Assembly (NCBI GenBank): GCA_030141605.1
Contig: JAQGDQ010001141.1
Span: 1 to 59,760 of the forward strand
Direction: 5' to 3'
Length of the DNA: 59,760 nt
Source: Tubiluchus corallicola
Lineage: Eukaryota > Animalia > Priapulida
A program made the position numbers and the translations under genes. The stretch's first letter is position 1. Every line of letters begins with the position of its first letter. Of this stretch, positions 21,170 to 35,136 are shown piece by piece. Below the pieces are notes generated by a model. It saw only the letters and a list, made by a program, of their open reading frames with translations, did not search any database and was not told the origin of the DNA.

Positions 21170-24100
21170 GGAACACTGTTGCTTCCATTAGGAGGTTTGA
21201 TTGTTGAACAGTTGCATTGTTGACTCCATTAGAAGGTTTGATTGTTGAACACTTGCACTGTTGCTTCCATGAGGAGGTTTGATTGTTGAACACTTGCACT
21301 GTTGCTTCCATTAGGAGGTTTGATTGTTGAACAGTTGCATTGTTGACTCTATTAGAAGGTTTGATTGTTGAACACATGCACTGTTGCCTCCATTAGAATG
21401 TTTGATTGTTGAACACGTGCACTGTTGAAACCATTAGAAGGTTTGATTGTTGAACACATGCACTGTTGCCTCCATTAGAATGTTTCATTGTTGAACACTT
21501 GCATTGTTGAAACCATTAGGAGGTTTGATTGTTGAACACATGCACTGTTGACTTCATTAGGAGGTTTGATTGTTGAACACATGCACTGTTGACTCCATTA
21601 GGAGGTTTGATTGTTGAACACATGCACTGTTGACACCATTAGGAGGTTTGATTGTTGAACACATGCACTGTTGACACCATTAGGAGGTTTGATTGTTGAA
21701 TACATGCACTGTTGACTCCATTAGGAGGTTTGATTGTTGAACACTTGCATTGTTGCCTCCATTAGGAGGTTTGATTGTTGAACAGTTGCATTGTTGACTC
21801 CATTAGAAGGTTTGATTGTTGAATACATGCACTGTTGCTTCCATTAGGAGGTTTGATTGTTGAACAGTTGCATTGTTGACTCCATTAGAAGGTTTGATTG
21901 TTGAACAGTTGCATTGTTGACTCCATTAGAAGGTTTGATTGTTGAACACATGCACTGCTGCCTCCATTAGAATGTTTATTGTTGAACACTTGCATTGTTG
22001 AAACCATTAGGAGGTTTGATTGTTGAACACATGCACTGTTGACTACATTAGGAGGTTTGATTGTTGAACACATGCACTGTTGACTCCATTAGGAGGTTTG
22101 ATTGTTGAACACATGCACTGTTGACACCATTAGGAGGTTTGATTGTTGAACACATGCACTGTTGACACCATTAGGAGGTTTGATTGTTGAACACATGCAC
22201 TGTTCACACCATTAGGAGGTTTGATTAAACCACCCAAAAAACACACCCAAAAAAAACACACCCAAAAAAACACCACCCAAAAAAACCTGTTGACTCCATT
22301 AGGAGGTTTGATTGTTGAACACTTGCGTTGTTGACACCATTAGGAGGTTTGATTGTTGAATACATGCACTGTTGACTCCATTAGGAGGTTTGATTGTTGA
22401 ACACTTGCATTGTTGCCTCCATTAGGAGGTTTGATTGTTGAACAGTTGCATTGTTGACTCCATTAGAAGGTTTGATTGTTGAATACATGCACTGTTGCTT
22501 CCATTAGGAGGTTTGATTGTTGAACAGTTGCATTGTTGACTCCATTAGAAGGTTTGATTGTTGAACAGTTGCATTGTTGACTCCATTAGAAGGTTTGATT
22601 GTTGAACACATGCACTGCTGCCTCCATTAGAATGTTTGATTGTTGAACACTTGCATTGTTGAAACCATTAGGAGGTTTGATTGTTGAACAGTTGCATTGT
22701 TGACTCTATTAGAAGGTTTGATTGTTGAACACATGCACTGTTGCCTCCATTAGAATGTTTGATTGTTGAACACGTGCACTGTTGAAACCATTAGAAGGTT
22801 TGATTGTTGAACACATGCACTGTTGCCTCCATTAGAATGTTTCATTGTTGAACACTTGCATTGTTGAAACCATTAGGAGGTTTGATTGTTGAACACATGC
22901 ACTGCTGCCTCCATTAGAATGTTTGATTGTTGAACACTTGCATTGTTGAAACCATTAGGAGGTTTGATTGTTGAACAGTTGCATTGTTGACTCTATTAGA
23001 AGGTTTGATTGTTGAACACATGCACTGTTGCCTCCATTAGAATGTTTGATTGTTGAACACGTGCACTGTTGAAACCATTAGAAGGTTTGATTGTTGAACA
23101 CATGCACTGTTGCCTCCATTAGAATGTTTCATTGTTGAACACTTGCATTGTTGAAACCATTAGGAGGTTTGATTGTTGAACACATGCACTGTTGACTTCA
23201 TTAGGAGGTTTGATTGTTGAACACATGCACTGTTGACTCCATTAGGAGGTTTGATTGTTGAACACATGCACTGTTGACACCATTAGGAGGTTTGATTGTT
23301 GAACACATGCACTGTTGACACCATTAGGAGGTTTGATTGTTGAATACATGCACTGTTGACTCCATTAGGAGGTTTGATTGTTGAACACTTGCATTGTTGC
23401 CTCCATTAGGAGGTTTGATTGTTGAACAGTTGCATTGTTGACTCCATTAGGAGGTTTGATTGTTGAACACTTGCATTGTTGCCTCCATTAGGAGGTTTGA
23501 TTGTTGAACAGTTGCATTGTTGACTCCATTAGAAGGTTTGATTGTTGAATACATGCACTGTTGCTTCCATTAGAATGTTTGATTGTTGAACAGTTGCATT
23601 GTTGACTCCATTAGAAGGTTTGATTGTTGAACAGTTGCATTGTTGACTCCATTAGAAGGTTTGATTGTTGAACACATGCACTGCTGCCTCCATTAGAATG
23701 TTTGATTGTTGAACACTTGCATTGTTGAAACCATTAGGAGGTTTGATTGTTGAACAGTTGCATTGTTGACTCTATTAGAAGGTTTGATTGTTGAACACAT
23801 GCACTGTTGCCTCCATTAGAATATTTGATTGTTGAACACGTGCACTGTTGAAACCATTAGAAGGTTTGATTGTTGAACACATGCACTGTTGCCTCCATTA
23901 GAATGTTTCATTGTTGAACACTTGCATTGTTGAAACCATTAGGAGGTTTGATTGTTGAACACATGCACTGTTGACTTCATTAGGAGGTTTGATTGTTGAA
24001 CACATGCACTGTTGACTCCATTAGGAGGTTTGATTGTTGAACACATGCACTGTTGACACCATTAGGAGGTTTGATTGTTGAACACATGCACTGCTGCCTC

Positions 24101-25172
24101 CATTAGAATGTTTCATTGTTGAACACTTGCATTGTTGAAACCATTAGGAGGTTTGATTGTTGAACACATGCACTGTTGACTTCATTAGGAGGTTTGATTG
24201 TTGAACACATGCACTGTTGACTCCATTAGGAGGTTTGATTGTTGAACACATGCACTGTTGACACCATTAGGAGGTTTGATTGTTGAACACATGCACTGTT
24301 GACACCATTAGGAGGTTTGATTGTTGAATACATGCACTGTTGACTCCATTAGGAGGTTTGATTGTTGAACACTTGCATTGTTGCCTCCATTAGGAGGTTT
24401 GATTGTTGAACAGTTGCATTGTTGACTCCATTAGAAGGTTTGATTGTTGAATACATGCACTGTTGCTTCCATTAGAATGTTTGATTGTTGAACAGTTGCA
24501 TTGTTGACTCCATTAGAAGGTTTGATTGTTGAACAGTTGCATTGTTGACTCCATTAGAAGGTTTGATTGTTGAACACATGCACTGCTGCCTCCATTAGAA
24601 TGTTTGATTGTTGAACACTTGCATTGTTGAAACCATTAGGAGGTTTGATTGTTGAACACATGCACTGTTGACTTCATTAGGAGGTTTGATTGTTGAACAC
24701 ATGCACTGTTGACTCCATTAGGAGGTTTGATTGTTGAACACATGCACTGTTGACACCATTAGGAGGTTTGATTGTTGAACACATGCACTGTTGACACCAT
24801 TAGGAGGTTTGATTGTTGAACACATGCACTGTTGACACCATTAGGAGGTTTGATTGTTGAATACATGCACTGTTGACTCCATTAGGAGGTTTGATTGTTG
24901 AACACTTGCATTGTTGCCTCCATTAGAAGGTTTGATTGTTGAATACATGCACTGTTGCTTCCATTAGAATGTTTGATTGTTGAACACTTGCATTGTTGCC
25001 TCCATTAGGAGGTTTGATTGTTGAACACATGCACTGTTGCCTCCATTAGAATGTTTGATTGTTGAACACTTGCATTGTTGACACCATTAGGAGGTTTGAT
25101 TGTTGAATACTTGCGTTGTTGACTCCATTAGGAGGTTTGATTGTTGAACACTTGCGTTGTTGACTCCATTAG
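21170..25172. repeat. 41-bp satellite array (~4 kb) in SF3B4 intron 3
   Basis: Unit ccattaggaggtttgattgttgaacacatgcactgttgact, roughly 97 copies with variants. Confidence 0.98.
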
Positions 25173-25328
25173 CAGATTTGGTTGTTGCTAGGACATTGTT
25201 AGATATTCTGCTCTTAGATAAAACATGCTGACCACACATTACCGTTATCCATTTATCTACAGCACAGCTCAAATTTGTTTTTAATAGCCACATACTGTAC
25301 TTTTTTGGCTTATCTGTGTTTGCTATAG

Positions 25329-25457
25329 GCATCAGCGCATCAGAAAAATCTGGATGTGGGTGCAAACATATTCATCGGGAATCTCGATCCGGAAATTGAT
25401 GAGAAACTGCTGTATGATACATTTAGTGCTTTCGGAGTTATTTTACAAACACCAAAG
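25329..25457 (+). CDS. SF3B4: SF3B4 exon 4 (RRM2)
   Basis: [43 protein letters not shown]; tatag / gtaaaa. Confidence 0.97.
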
Positions 25458-26048
25458 GTAAAAAATTTTTTGTCAGAAACATAATATCTTAGGTATCCAT
25501 TGACTTAAAAGTAACTCACTCATAAGACAATTAAAGGTTAAAATGAAATGCTTATATAACATATGTCACTCTGTATTTGAATAAGAACTGAGATGGTTTC
25601 TTCAAAAAAAAAATACTAGTTCAAAATTTATAAATAGTGACGCCATGGCCTGTGTCATTTTGTCTTGATACATTAAAAGTCCTCTGAGTTTGTCAAGCAG
25701 TTGCTACTGAATTTATTTGATGCATCGTAAATACTAAACTCGTTTGTTCTAGCTGGTATTAAATCATTTCAGGTTCAAGCATAGTTTGCCTCTTTCAAAG
25801 TCAGGAATATAATTTATAATTTGGTTCAGTTTTTTTGCAAATTTGATATCTTAGTTCTTATGCTGCTGTTCTAGTTTGCCAGTGTTTTTATAACAGTAAT
25901 TTTCTCTTACACTTGCTTCTCTTAAATACATGTTTATATGCACTGTGTTGTTTCTTGTGATATGAAATAACTGAATATCAGACAATTTAAGATAATTTCT
26001 AAGATAGACAACTATGTAAGTTAATCTGTAGTTTTATATTATGTTTAG

Positions 26049-26229
26049 ATAATGCGAGATCCAGAAACTGGCAATTCCAAGGGTTATGCGTTTATAAACT
26101 TTGCTAGTTTTGAGGCATCAGATGCAGCTATAGAAGCCATGAATAGCCAGTATCTTTGTAATCGACCAATCGCAATATCGTATGCTTTCAAAAAAGAAGC
26201 AAAAGGAGAAAGGCATGGTTCTGCTGCTG
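26049..26229 (+). CDS. SF3B4: SF3B4 exon 5 (RRM2)
   Basis: [60 protein letters not shown]; tttag / gtatgt. Confidence 0.97.
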
Positions 26230-27408
26230 GTATGTGAATGTTGTAAATATTTATGTGTGCATGGTGTTTGACAGATTCTTCTGAATAATGTTAGTGTACA
26301 CTGTACATATGTATGGCAAATGAATACTTGCATACTTTGGCAGTTGTGAATAGAATTTGAAGTAAAATGTTAACTTATTAGCTACTCCGATTAATATATT
26401 CACTTATACCCTTTAGGGCACTATACACTTGTTAGTGGATAGTGGTTGAAGTATTTATCAAAATTTGGAGCATAAGAGCTTAATGTGTCTACATGTTGTT
26501 TGTTGTTTTGCACAGTGATATTATAATTATAAGGCAGTCACCTAGAAACAATAATTTGCATTTTCGAGTGATTTGTTGTCATTCTAAAACTTATGTGCAA
26601 TTCATAGATGGCAAGATTTTAATTACATTAAATGTAGTGTGAAATTTAATAATTGATAATGAAAAAATGTCCTCACTTAACATTGTAGTTTGTTTAACAA
26701 AAATTGACATTTAGTTTATTTTTGTAAAGTTTGTTTATTCATTTGTAGAACTTTTGACCTGCAGTACAATTTCAGACATATTAATTTAAAGTAATTAGGA
26801 GAGTAAAGTAAAATAATATTAGGAGATTTATAGTGTGGTTTCTCTTGCAAACCTGTGTAGTCAAAACATAAATGTAAAGCTGCATCCAGACTGTAAATTT
26901 CTTCTGTCACAAGTGTTTTTCAAGCAACTAGCTTGCTAATGTGAACAGTTTTGTGAGTTGTAAGGAATCGTGTAACCTCATAGTTGTGGCATAAGTTGAG
27001 TTACTGTCTAGTATGAACACTGTGAGTCCTGGGAGATTACTATCAGCAGCTCTTGACATGCTCTATTCATTGCGGGAACTCAACAATTCCTAGCCGCTGT
27101 GGAAACAAGCAAGTTGCTAAGAGTAATTTCTCATTAATCTGAATTTTTTGCTGCTGCACGTGTTCTGTTGCAACTTTTGCTGATAGTCAGCTCGCACTTA
27201 ATGTCGGACTGTAACTTTCAGAAAATTCTGCTTCCTAGTCTGAATCCACTTGCAAGCTTCTGTTGCTGGTGAGAAAACTCTCCAGTTTGAATGTGCCATA
27301 ACTGTTTCTCTGGTCTATATACAAATACTGCATAAATATGTTGAGTTCGCAATTTTTTGCAATTAAATTAATATTTGTTATTGTAAACTATACTTTTGGG
27401 TATTTCAG

Positions 27409-27570
27409 AACGATTGCTTGCTGCACAAAATCCACTTTCACAGGCCGACAAACCTCATACATTGTTTGCGGATGCTCCTCCACCACCAGCGCAACCATCA
27501 GCGGCACCACCAGCACCACCACCACCACCCGGAGGTGCTCCACCCCCTCCTGGACCACCTCCACCAATCG
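27409..27570 (+). CDS. SF3B4: SF3B4 exon 6
   Basis: [27 protein letters not shown]...; ttcag / gtaagt. Confidence 0.95.
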
Positions 27571-28278
27571 GTAAGTGCTGTACTAATGTAATTATCTGGG
27601 TTCACCACAGTAAAGGCTTTTTGATATTAGCATTTTTGCTTTTAAATAAAATCAATAATCTTGATCATGATGCCAGAAATAAGAAATGATTCGTTGATTA
27701 ATGATATTATTCATTATAGATATTTCTATACTTGTGTCTCAGTTTCCAATCCACAATGCAAATTTTAAAGTCGAGCTTATATGAGTTAATGTGGTAAAGC
27801 TTATACAGGTTAACACATACAACTGGTGTACTTTTTCTAACATTTGGAAAGGTTTAATAAAGGAGGTTTAATAAAAAGAATTTAGTTATTGTATATATAA
27901 ACAATTACAGTTTCGAGTAACATTACTCCTAGTGTTGTACAAGTAGAATTCACGTTTAAAAGTGACACATGCCAACAGTTTAAGCATTCTTTGGCTATTT
28001 AAAATTCAAAGGAGTAAGTTTCAGCAATCATTATCATCATAGTAGAATGTGAGGTATATGGTATGCCAAGTATACAACGCAGTGCTTTTCGATATTCAAC
28101 AATCATCAATTTTACATACATTATGCCATCCATTAAATCAGCTTTTTATTGCATTTTATTTAGTTCCTGGTGCTCTATTATGGGTCACAGTGTTGTACCA
28201 ACTTGTTTTTGTAACTTCATTGTTTTGTAAAATTAGTATCTTCAAACACCAGCTTTTATTTATTTGTTATGCTTACAG

Positions 28279-28440
28279 GTGGATTTCCAGCTCCAGGAGG
28301 TCCACCATCAATGCCTCCACCTCCGTTTCCTCCAATGGGTGTTCCTCCTCCAGGAAGTATGGGACCGTCAAGTGGTGTGCCTCCACCATCAATGCCACCG
28401 CCACCATTTCATCCTCCACCAGGTTTTCCTCAGCAAGGAG
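28279..28440 (+). CDS. SF3B4: SF3B4 exon 7 (Pro-rich tail)
   Basis: GGFPAPGGPPSMPPPP...FPQQG; tacag / gtaagc; phase 1-1. Confidence 0.9.
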
Positions 28441-28636
28441 GTAAGCACATTACTTTTGTTTATAGGACAAATTTTTCTTTGCCAGGCTTGACCAAACAAA
28501 GCTAATACTAACTTGACATTCTGATTGAGCTGCTGACCATGAAGGTTTGTAATTGCAAACCTTTGGTTTACGTAATTGATGACAAAATAAAATGCTTTTA
28601 TTACTTTGAATTGTTCTTGACAGTTATGACATAATA

Positions 28637-28947
28637 TAGGTAATCATCGACTTATGACCTATGCGACTTACGAGTGTTTGACTTTACTACTCAAGCGAAA
28701 CTTTCTTGGCTAATTATACAAAACCAACTGTAAATCATATTTGCTTTTATTTTTTAAGCAAATTAACTTTAAATTGCTATCTGTTTCGATAAATTCGTCG
28801 TAGGCGCCGCCATGCTTGGTGCGCGTGCACCAACAACGTCTCTCATGTACAGGCGCACCGCTTTAATATACGGGTCCACCTTACGTCCAATTCATCTTGC
28901 AATCAATCCACCCGAACATATTGTGGTTGTAAGTCGGCGCCTACCTG
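28637..28947. mobile_element. pogo/Tigger-like MITE
   Basis: TA-flanked imperfect TIRs taggtaatcatcgacttatgacc / ggttgtaagtcggcgcctacctg; related end at 56114-56136. Confidence 0.7.
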
Positions 28948-29166
28948 TAATGGTACTGATTAAAGTCATACAGAACTGACAAGAATTATATTTTTGGCTT
29001 GTTTTTTATAATTTGAAGTGCAGCTGCAATTACTGCTATTGCTCTTCACACAAAGTAGCTGTATTGAACTAATCCTGTACTACTACCTCACCATATAATG
29101 CTTTCTTACCAAAACTGATATTTATATGTTATTAAAACTCTAGTCGCGGGTATGTATTATGATGAC

Positions 29167-29485
29167 TAGAGGTGAACATCGAACATTCGAATTCCATTTG
29201 AATCTAAAATTATAGATTCGAATAATTCAACACTTCCACATACGTTCTTTATCATTTAAATGTTTCAAACAGCATGCAATTAGCACAATTTAGCTTACTG
29301 CTAGTGGTTTACTGCAGAACAAAATCAAGTAATGTGAATGATCTTTGTAAGACCACTTTTTATTAGTAGTTCGAAAATCTTTCAAACTCAATTCGGATTC
29401 GAAATACTGAAATTCGGTTCGATTCGAATTCGGAAGTCACAAATTCGATACAATTCGCTTTCTGGTACAAAACATTGACCCTTAT
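29167..29485. mobile_element. hAT-like MITE (copy 2)
   Basis: Shares the core gttctttatcattWaaatgtttSaaacagYatgcaattagcacaatttagc and the ttcga-rich ends with 17370-17762. Confidence 0.6.
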
Positions 29486-30104
29486 TGATGACAGCTTGTT
29501 GAGGCCGCTCTGCTACCCACCCCATTTCATCGTACAAGTGATAAGCCATGCCAGCCATTTACGTACAGATGAACCATTTAAGTCTGACGATGTATCGTTA
29601 TTGTCTATAAACAAACTCACGCTAAAATAACGAAATTTTTTCATTAAAGTAAATTGATGGCAAATGTTAAATAACTGAAGTAGAAATCATGTGCTGAGAG
29701 AAAGTCAAACATTGTCTGTCGTTATAATCCAGTTAAACGGTGATTTACATTCTAATCTATAATGTTTAATTCTGGTACAGATCAGACTCTCCACTGCATG
29801 GAATTTTCTGTGTAACCATATATTCATTAGTTCTATAGCTTTTTTTGCTTTTGACAATTAGTAGTTATCTTCCAGTGGACAGATAGAATAAGTACTCATA
29901 TACATGGTGAATATTTGGTGCATAGGAATTTCATTTACACTTTTCATTGTCATTGTTTTAACTTGTGTCTCATTCTAATTATGCAACCTTGTTCTTTTAC
30001 CTAAGTAAATTTATTATCAATGTTTTCACGTGTTTCATTGTGTTTTACATGTTAATTTTTCTTGTAAGCAATGCAGAGATGTGGTGTAGCGCTGTAATAT
30101 TAAT

Positions 30105-30213
30105 TATTATTATTATTAGTAGTAGTAGTAGTGGTAGTGGTAGTGGTAGTGGTAGTGGCAGCAGCAACAGCAGGAGCAGGTGTAGTGGTAGTATTAGTAT
30201 TAGCATTAGTATT
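30105..30213. repeat. compound trinucleotide microsatellite (att/agt/ggt)
   Basis: Read directly. Confidence 0.9.
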
Positions 30214-30771
30214 ACGTAAAGCGGAGGCACAATTAACTGATGAAAATATTTCTATTACAAAAATGTTTCTCAGAAATGGATATGTTTTCATTTGAGTAAT
30301 GGGCAAGAATGTACAAACAAATCACAGTTGTGTGTACCAATTTATTTGACGTAAAAGTACAGTGAGTCCTCGCCTAATGACTGCCCGTTTAGCGATGTTT
30401 CATTTGAGCGACCCTGTGCATTTGACACCTTTTTCTCACTTAACGATGCACATTTCATTTTTACTTTGCTAACAGCCAATTTTTTATTTTACCAACAACT
30501 TTTTTTACCTAATTTGATGCATTAAAATTGTGCATATTGCATTATTCTGTTCTAAAACGCGTTTGTAACCTAAACAATGCAATTATATAAGTTTTCTGCT
30601 TCCCGACTGTTTGTGTCAAGCGACATCTATTTGCCGGTTCATACGCTTCCAGGCACATGAAGTTTAATCATATGCCAAGGAATTCTATCTGCAGCCTGTT
30701 GTTAAGTGAGGGCTTACTGTAAGTGGAGTTAATCAAAATACTGAGAAGTGAAATTGCCTCCTGTATTTCAG

Positions 30772-31032
30772 GACCGTACATGCCTCCACCGATGCCTCCT
30801 ATGTCATCTGCAGCTGCTAGTGGACCACAGCAACCAACAACGACACATAGTGAACCGACAACAGCTCCTTCGCAACCGCCTCGCATGCCTCCGCCTCCCG
30901 GACCACCAGGAATGGCCGGAGCACCATATACAGGATATGGACCACCTCCAGGAATGCGACCGCCACCAGGATGGCGTGGTCCATCTCCTCCCAGCAGTAA
31001 CAGAGGTCCTCCCCCTCCTCCTCCTTCATATG
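30772..31032 (+). CDS. SF3B4: SF3B4 exon 8 (Pro-rich tail)
   Basis: GPYMPPPMPP...GPPPPPPSY; tttcag / gtaagg; phase 1-1. Confidence 0.9.
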
Positions 31033-31493
31033 GTAAGGCCATTTGTTTATGTTTTGATTTTAGAATAATCAGTTTATAATGGAAAGATCCTATAGTAATT
31101 ACAATCTTGAGCTTGTTTTTAAATGCTTTTGGTTCTCATCTTCGACTATTTTCAATCTTTTTTACTTTCTGCATCTATTCAATAAGTTTGATTTTCAAAA
31201 TTTATTAAGTAGGCTATAGATCTGAAGGTATTAGATAATTACAGAAAGAAGCAGAAGCAATTTACCAATTAACAGTTACTTCTGCTTCTTTCTGTTTTGG
31301 AACTGAATGCAAAATGGTTAGTTTTTGCAGTTCCAATAACTGACATATGATAATTTCTTATTCCTATGATACTTTTTAATTTATTATGGCTACTGTCAAG
31401 TTTGTGTATGCTTGCAAGTTTTGCGCTCATGTTAATTATAGGTTCAATGCAACACTAATTACGCAAGCATTTAAACAGCTGTTTCTGTTACAG

Positions 31494-31651
31494 GTGGACG
31501 GATGCCACCACCACCTCCTGGAATGATGCAACCACCTCATGGTCATGGAATGAGACCACCTCCACCACCTCCTCCAGGAATGCGAGGGCCACCTCATCGA
31601 GGTCCGCCACCTCCTGGGCCGCCGCCTCCGCCAAATCAATACTCTGAATGA
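31494..31651 (+). CDS. SF3B4: SF3B4 exon 9 (terminal)
   Basis: GGRMPPPPPGMM...PPPPNQYSE-TGA; ttacag acceptor. Confidence 0.9.
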
Positions 31652-33479
31652 TAAAATACAATGTTTAAGTGACAAATTCTATTGACTAACTAAAGGTTTA
31701 CCAAAACTAGTTGACAGCATATGCAATCGTGCATGAAAGTGGTGGATATGTGATTATGTGGCGAATACAGGGTGCATGCAGGAGTTTGTTCTGTTCTCTC
31801 AAATGGGACGCTGGTCATTGCACATAACATACTGAAAGCTCTGTGCCGTGATGCCAATGATGAAGAACTCTATGGTAATAGAATTAATTTTCTGATGTTG
31901 GAATTTGAGCGGTGTGGTTAAATTGAAGATTTTTGGTCTTACATGAACAAGATCATTGGAAAATGTCTTGTGGTGTCTTACCACTAGATTGTAGTTATTA
32001 ATTTCTTTCAACAATATTTAAATGTGATAGCTAGATGTTGTCATTGATATCAACATAATGTTGTAATTGCATTTTGCATGCAAATTGACCTAAAATGTAT
32101 TGTTTGCCTGACTTTAAGCAATGAATTTGTGTTTGCGATGATGCTATTCTAGGGAGCGAAATTGAACAACTGAGATAAAATACTAATTTGTGATTGTCCA
32201 CTCATAAAAAACATTTTTAACACTAAAATTAGCCTGGTGTTCTAATCTAGAAAAATATAGCAGCATTTCGTTATTTTTTTCAAAATCTGCAAAATTTGAA
32301 TTTGTTCTTTTTCTTGCTCCGCTTTGCTGTAGTTTTGTGTTAATTTATATGTAAGTCATTATAGCGAAAGAATGAACAAATTCAGGCTGCTGCTAAAAAG
32401 AACTGTTGTGACTGTTGCGGTCCTTAATCATTTCCAAGGTGCAAAATTCCATTCAAAATTGCAGTTTAATTTGTACAAAAATTCAGGAAAATACCAATCG
32501 CTAACTAATTAAAAAGGTGCTGACTCAGTATAAGTACAATAAATGTGCTCAATTCAAAGCTGGTTAATTCTGACTTTGTATTAAATGTCAGGGTCTCGAT
32601 AGCCGTTAATTCCGTGCATATAACATGATATTCTGTGAAACCATGTAATTTGTTTTCGTTTAACTTTTAAAGATCTCTTCTGTCTTAAGAGACGAGTTAA
32701 GCAGAGTTGCCTGTGTTAGTCGTCAACTGTATTATTGTACATAAATTTATTTTGTAAAATAAATTAAATTTTGTAAATTCTACGTCTATTTCTATTTTTT
32801 TTGCTATAAAGCAAATATTATGCAGTTGTAATTTTGTGACTTGCCCTTTTCTGTTGCAAAACTTTGCACTACACTCAATTTGCATTGCTCTTCTTGTTAA
32901 GTTGTTATTAAACTAAATGGGTCGAGAATAGGTTCTTTCAGCTTTTCAGCATCAAAGCAGTACATTTGGGACTGGTAGTGGAAGCTGTCGTGTACAACCC
33001 TGTCAAATGAGCTGTTACGTATCCCTGTAAAGCCTTCTTGGGTGAGAGAGTCACCTTAATTTTGCTGTCAGCTTGTTGATCTTGTATTCTCTTTTTCTTG
33101 GTTGCTGTCATTGATGGTAAAAGGTAGAAAGGTTGTTGAAAGTGGGGAAACTACGGCAAGCGTATGATGTTGTATGTAATTTGAGTCACATTGCGTCAAT
33201 TTTAACTGTTAGTAAGTTTGGAGTTTGGAATAACCATGATGACATTGTTAGAAATTATTGAGTATCATGTATAATTTTCTCAGGTAGCTTATTTAATGAT
33301 TACAGTAAACCAAAACAATCTCTGTGGTTCAGTAGTACAGCTTATGATAGCCTGTTTTACCTGTACTACTGATCCTAGGACTACTACTACGGCAACTATG
33401 ACTGAAATACTTACCATACGTGCAAAATTTAGTGCTGTTAAAGTGGATTTACGCAACGATAGTTTTTGCTGTTTATTTC

Positions 33480-33780
33480 TCTGATGGCCAGTGAAAAAGG
33501 ACCGTTGGCCGTGTCTTTAACTTTACGTCGCTCTGACGTTAAACATCCAATGAAGTGCGCGCGCGAAAGAACCGCTTTTCATGCTTTGCAACACAATTGG
33601 CGATGTCCCATATTACTCAAAATTTGTTTGCACTTTGCTAATGAGCATTGCCCGAAAACGCCGAGAAAAATTATATTCGCCAATGTTAAAGTGCGTACAT
33701 GTGCGGAATGCTTTTTATTTTAAGTGCGAGACTTTGTATCTGCAGTCATTAATTGCACGTAAGGTTTGACGGGTTATTAG
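33480..33780 (+). promoter_or_regulatory. probable PUS1 promoter / non-coding first exon
   Basis: Locally CpG-rich island with tgacgt (33534), CCAAT (33547), E2F-like gcgcgaaa (33561) and a candidate donor near 33760. The first coding exon has an upstream acceptor (ttttgtag, 35108), so a 5' UTR exon is implied. Confidence 0.5.
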
Positions 33781-35136
33781 ATCATTGCAATTTGCAAATG
33801 AATGCTGTCGTTTACAAATCTCGAGAATCTGAGTTTGCCTGTTACGCGTGTCTTTACTGTTCACAATTTTATTTCATCGGTAATTTGAGCACCTGAATGG
33901 TTACTGCAGCGCGAGGCTAGTTTCAGATTCAGATATTGTTTATTTTCCGTTTCAAAATATCACACTATTTATTTTCTCAGACTTGATACGTGTATAATTA
34001 AAAATACTTTTAGTCTCATTCAAAAGCAGAATGACAAGTATTTAAATGTTTTTTAAATCTTGCTTAGGCATTTGCTTATTTGAATGGGCTTATTTCAGTC
34101 AATATCACCTGCGGTTACTAACAAAAGTGATGATGCAGCCTGGTATAAGTTAAAATTACGAAGAGCATAATGAGCGTTGTGTTATAATATATATTATAAA
34201 TATATAAAAGGCTATAGATGCAGACTATGCTGCGGACCATTGCAGAGGCATTCCATATTTGCATCTTCCATCTCATCAATGCATTGTCCTATTTTGTTCT
34301 TAACTTGATTTATTCTGTTTCATTCTGTTTATTGATTCTGTTGCAGCTTATGGCAGTCTATTCCAGTGATTTATTACTCTGTGGGAATAAAAATTTCGTA
34401 TCTCCAGTCTTTTGTGACTTGTAGTGATTAGGAAATAAAATGAGCCGAACTGCGATGTTTTCGTAGTAAAAGATGCGCACGTTTGAGGCACCAGACAAAG
34501 AAGGAAGAAATCAAGTTTATCTTGTAATTTTCTATATTTTAACTATACAATAGGCACGACAACATTTAAGCAATTGCCTATTGTGTCCTCTTGTAACCTG
34601 TGTCTTCATTTGGAACATATTATTGTTTGTATTGATACCAATGTCATTTAAAAACATGTACATTTGCAGCAGGTCATGTCAAACTCTGCACGTTGCTAGT
34701 GTCTGTAGTTGCAGTTTCTACAGTTTCTTGCGTTAAAGCAGGTTTTTAATTGAGATGCAGTTTTGCGGCTCGCCTTTGTACACCCTCAAGCTATTAATAG
34801 TATGAGCATGCAATTCATATGGGAAATACGCGGTCTGCATTTATGAGAAATAAATGAAATAGATAAGTCATTTTGTGGTATTTAGTGCATAACTTTCAAC
34901 TCTCTGTTGCTGGTTGTAGAGGGATTAGAATCTAGTTATTTCTTTCAAAGGTGAAACTTTTAAACTAACAGAATTGATTTACTCCCCCCTGTTTCAATGT
35001 ATATATACATCCCCCTCAGTCATAGTGAAAAATTTACAAACAGCTTAGCTAGATACTGGATTGTGGCACCGTGCATTTGCATTCTCTTGCATTGTTTACT
35101 TTTTGTAGGTTGTGCTGGCTGTAAATGGTTTACTAG

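Noticed and set aside
21170-25172. CRISPR-like regular array
   Set aside because: Contiguous tandem monomers with no unique spacers, no cas genes, eukaryotic intron.
30668-31675. Minus-strand Gly/Arg-rich ORFs
   Set aside because: Antisense shadows of Pro-rich SF3B4 exons.
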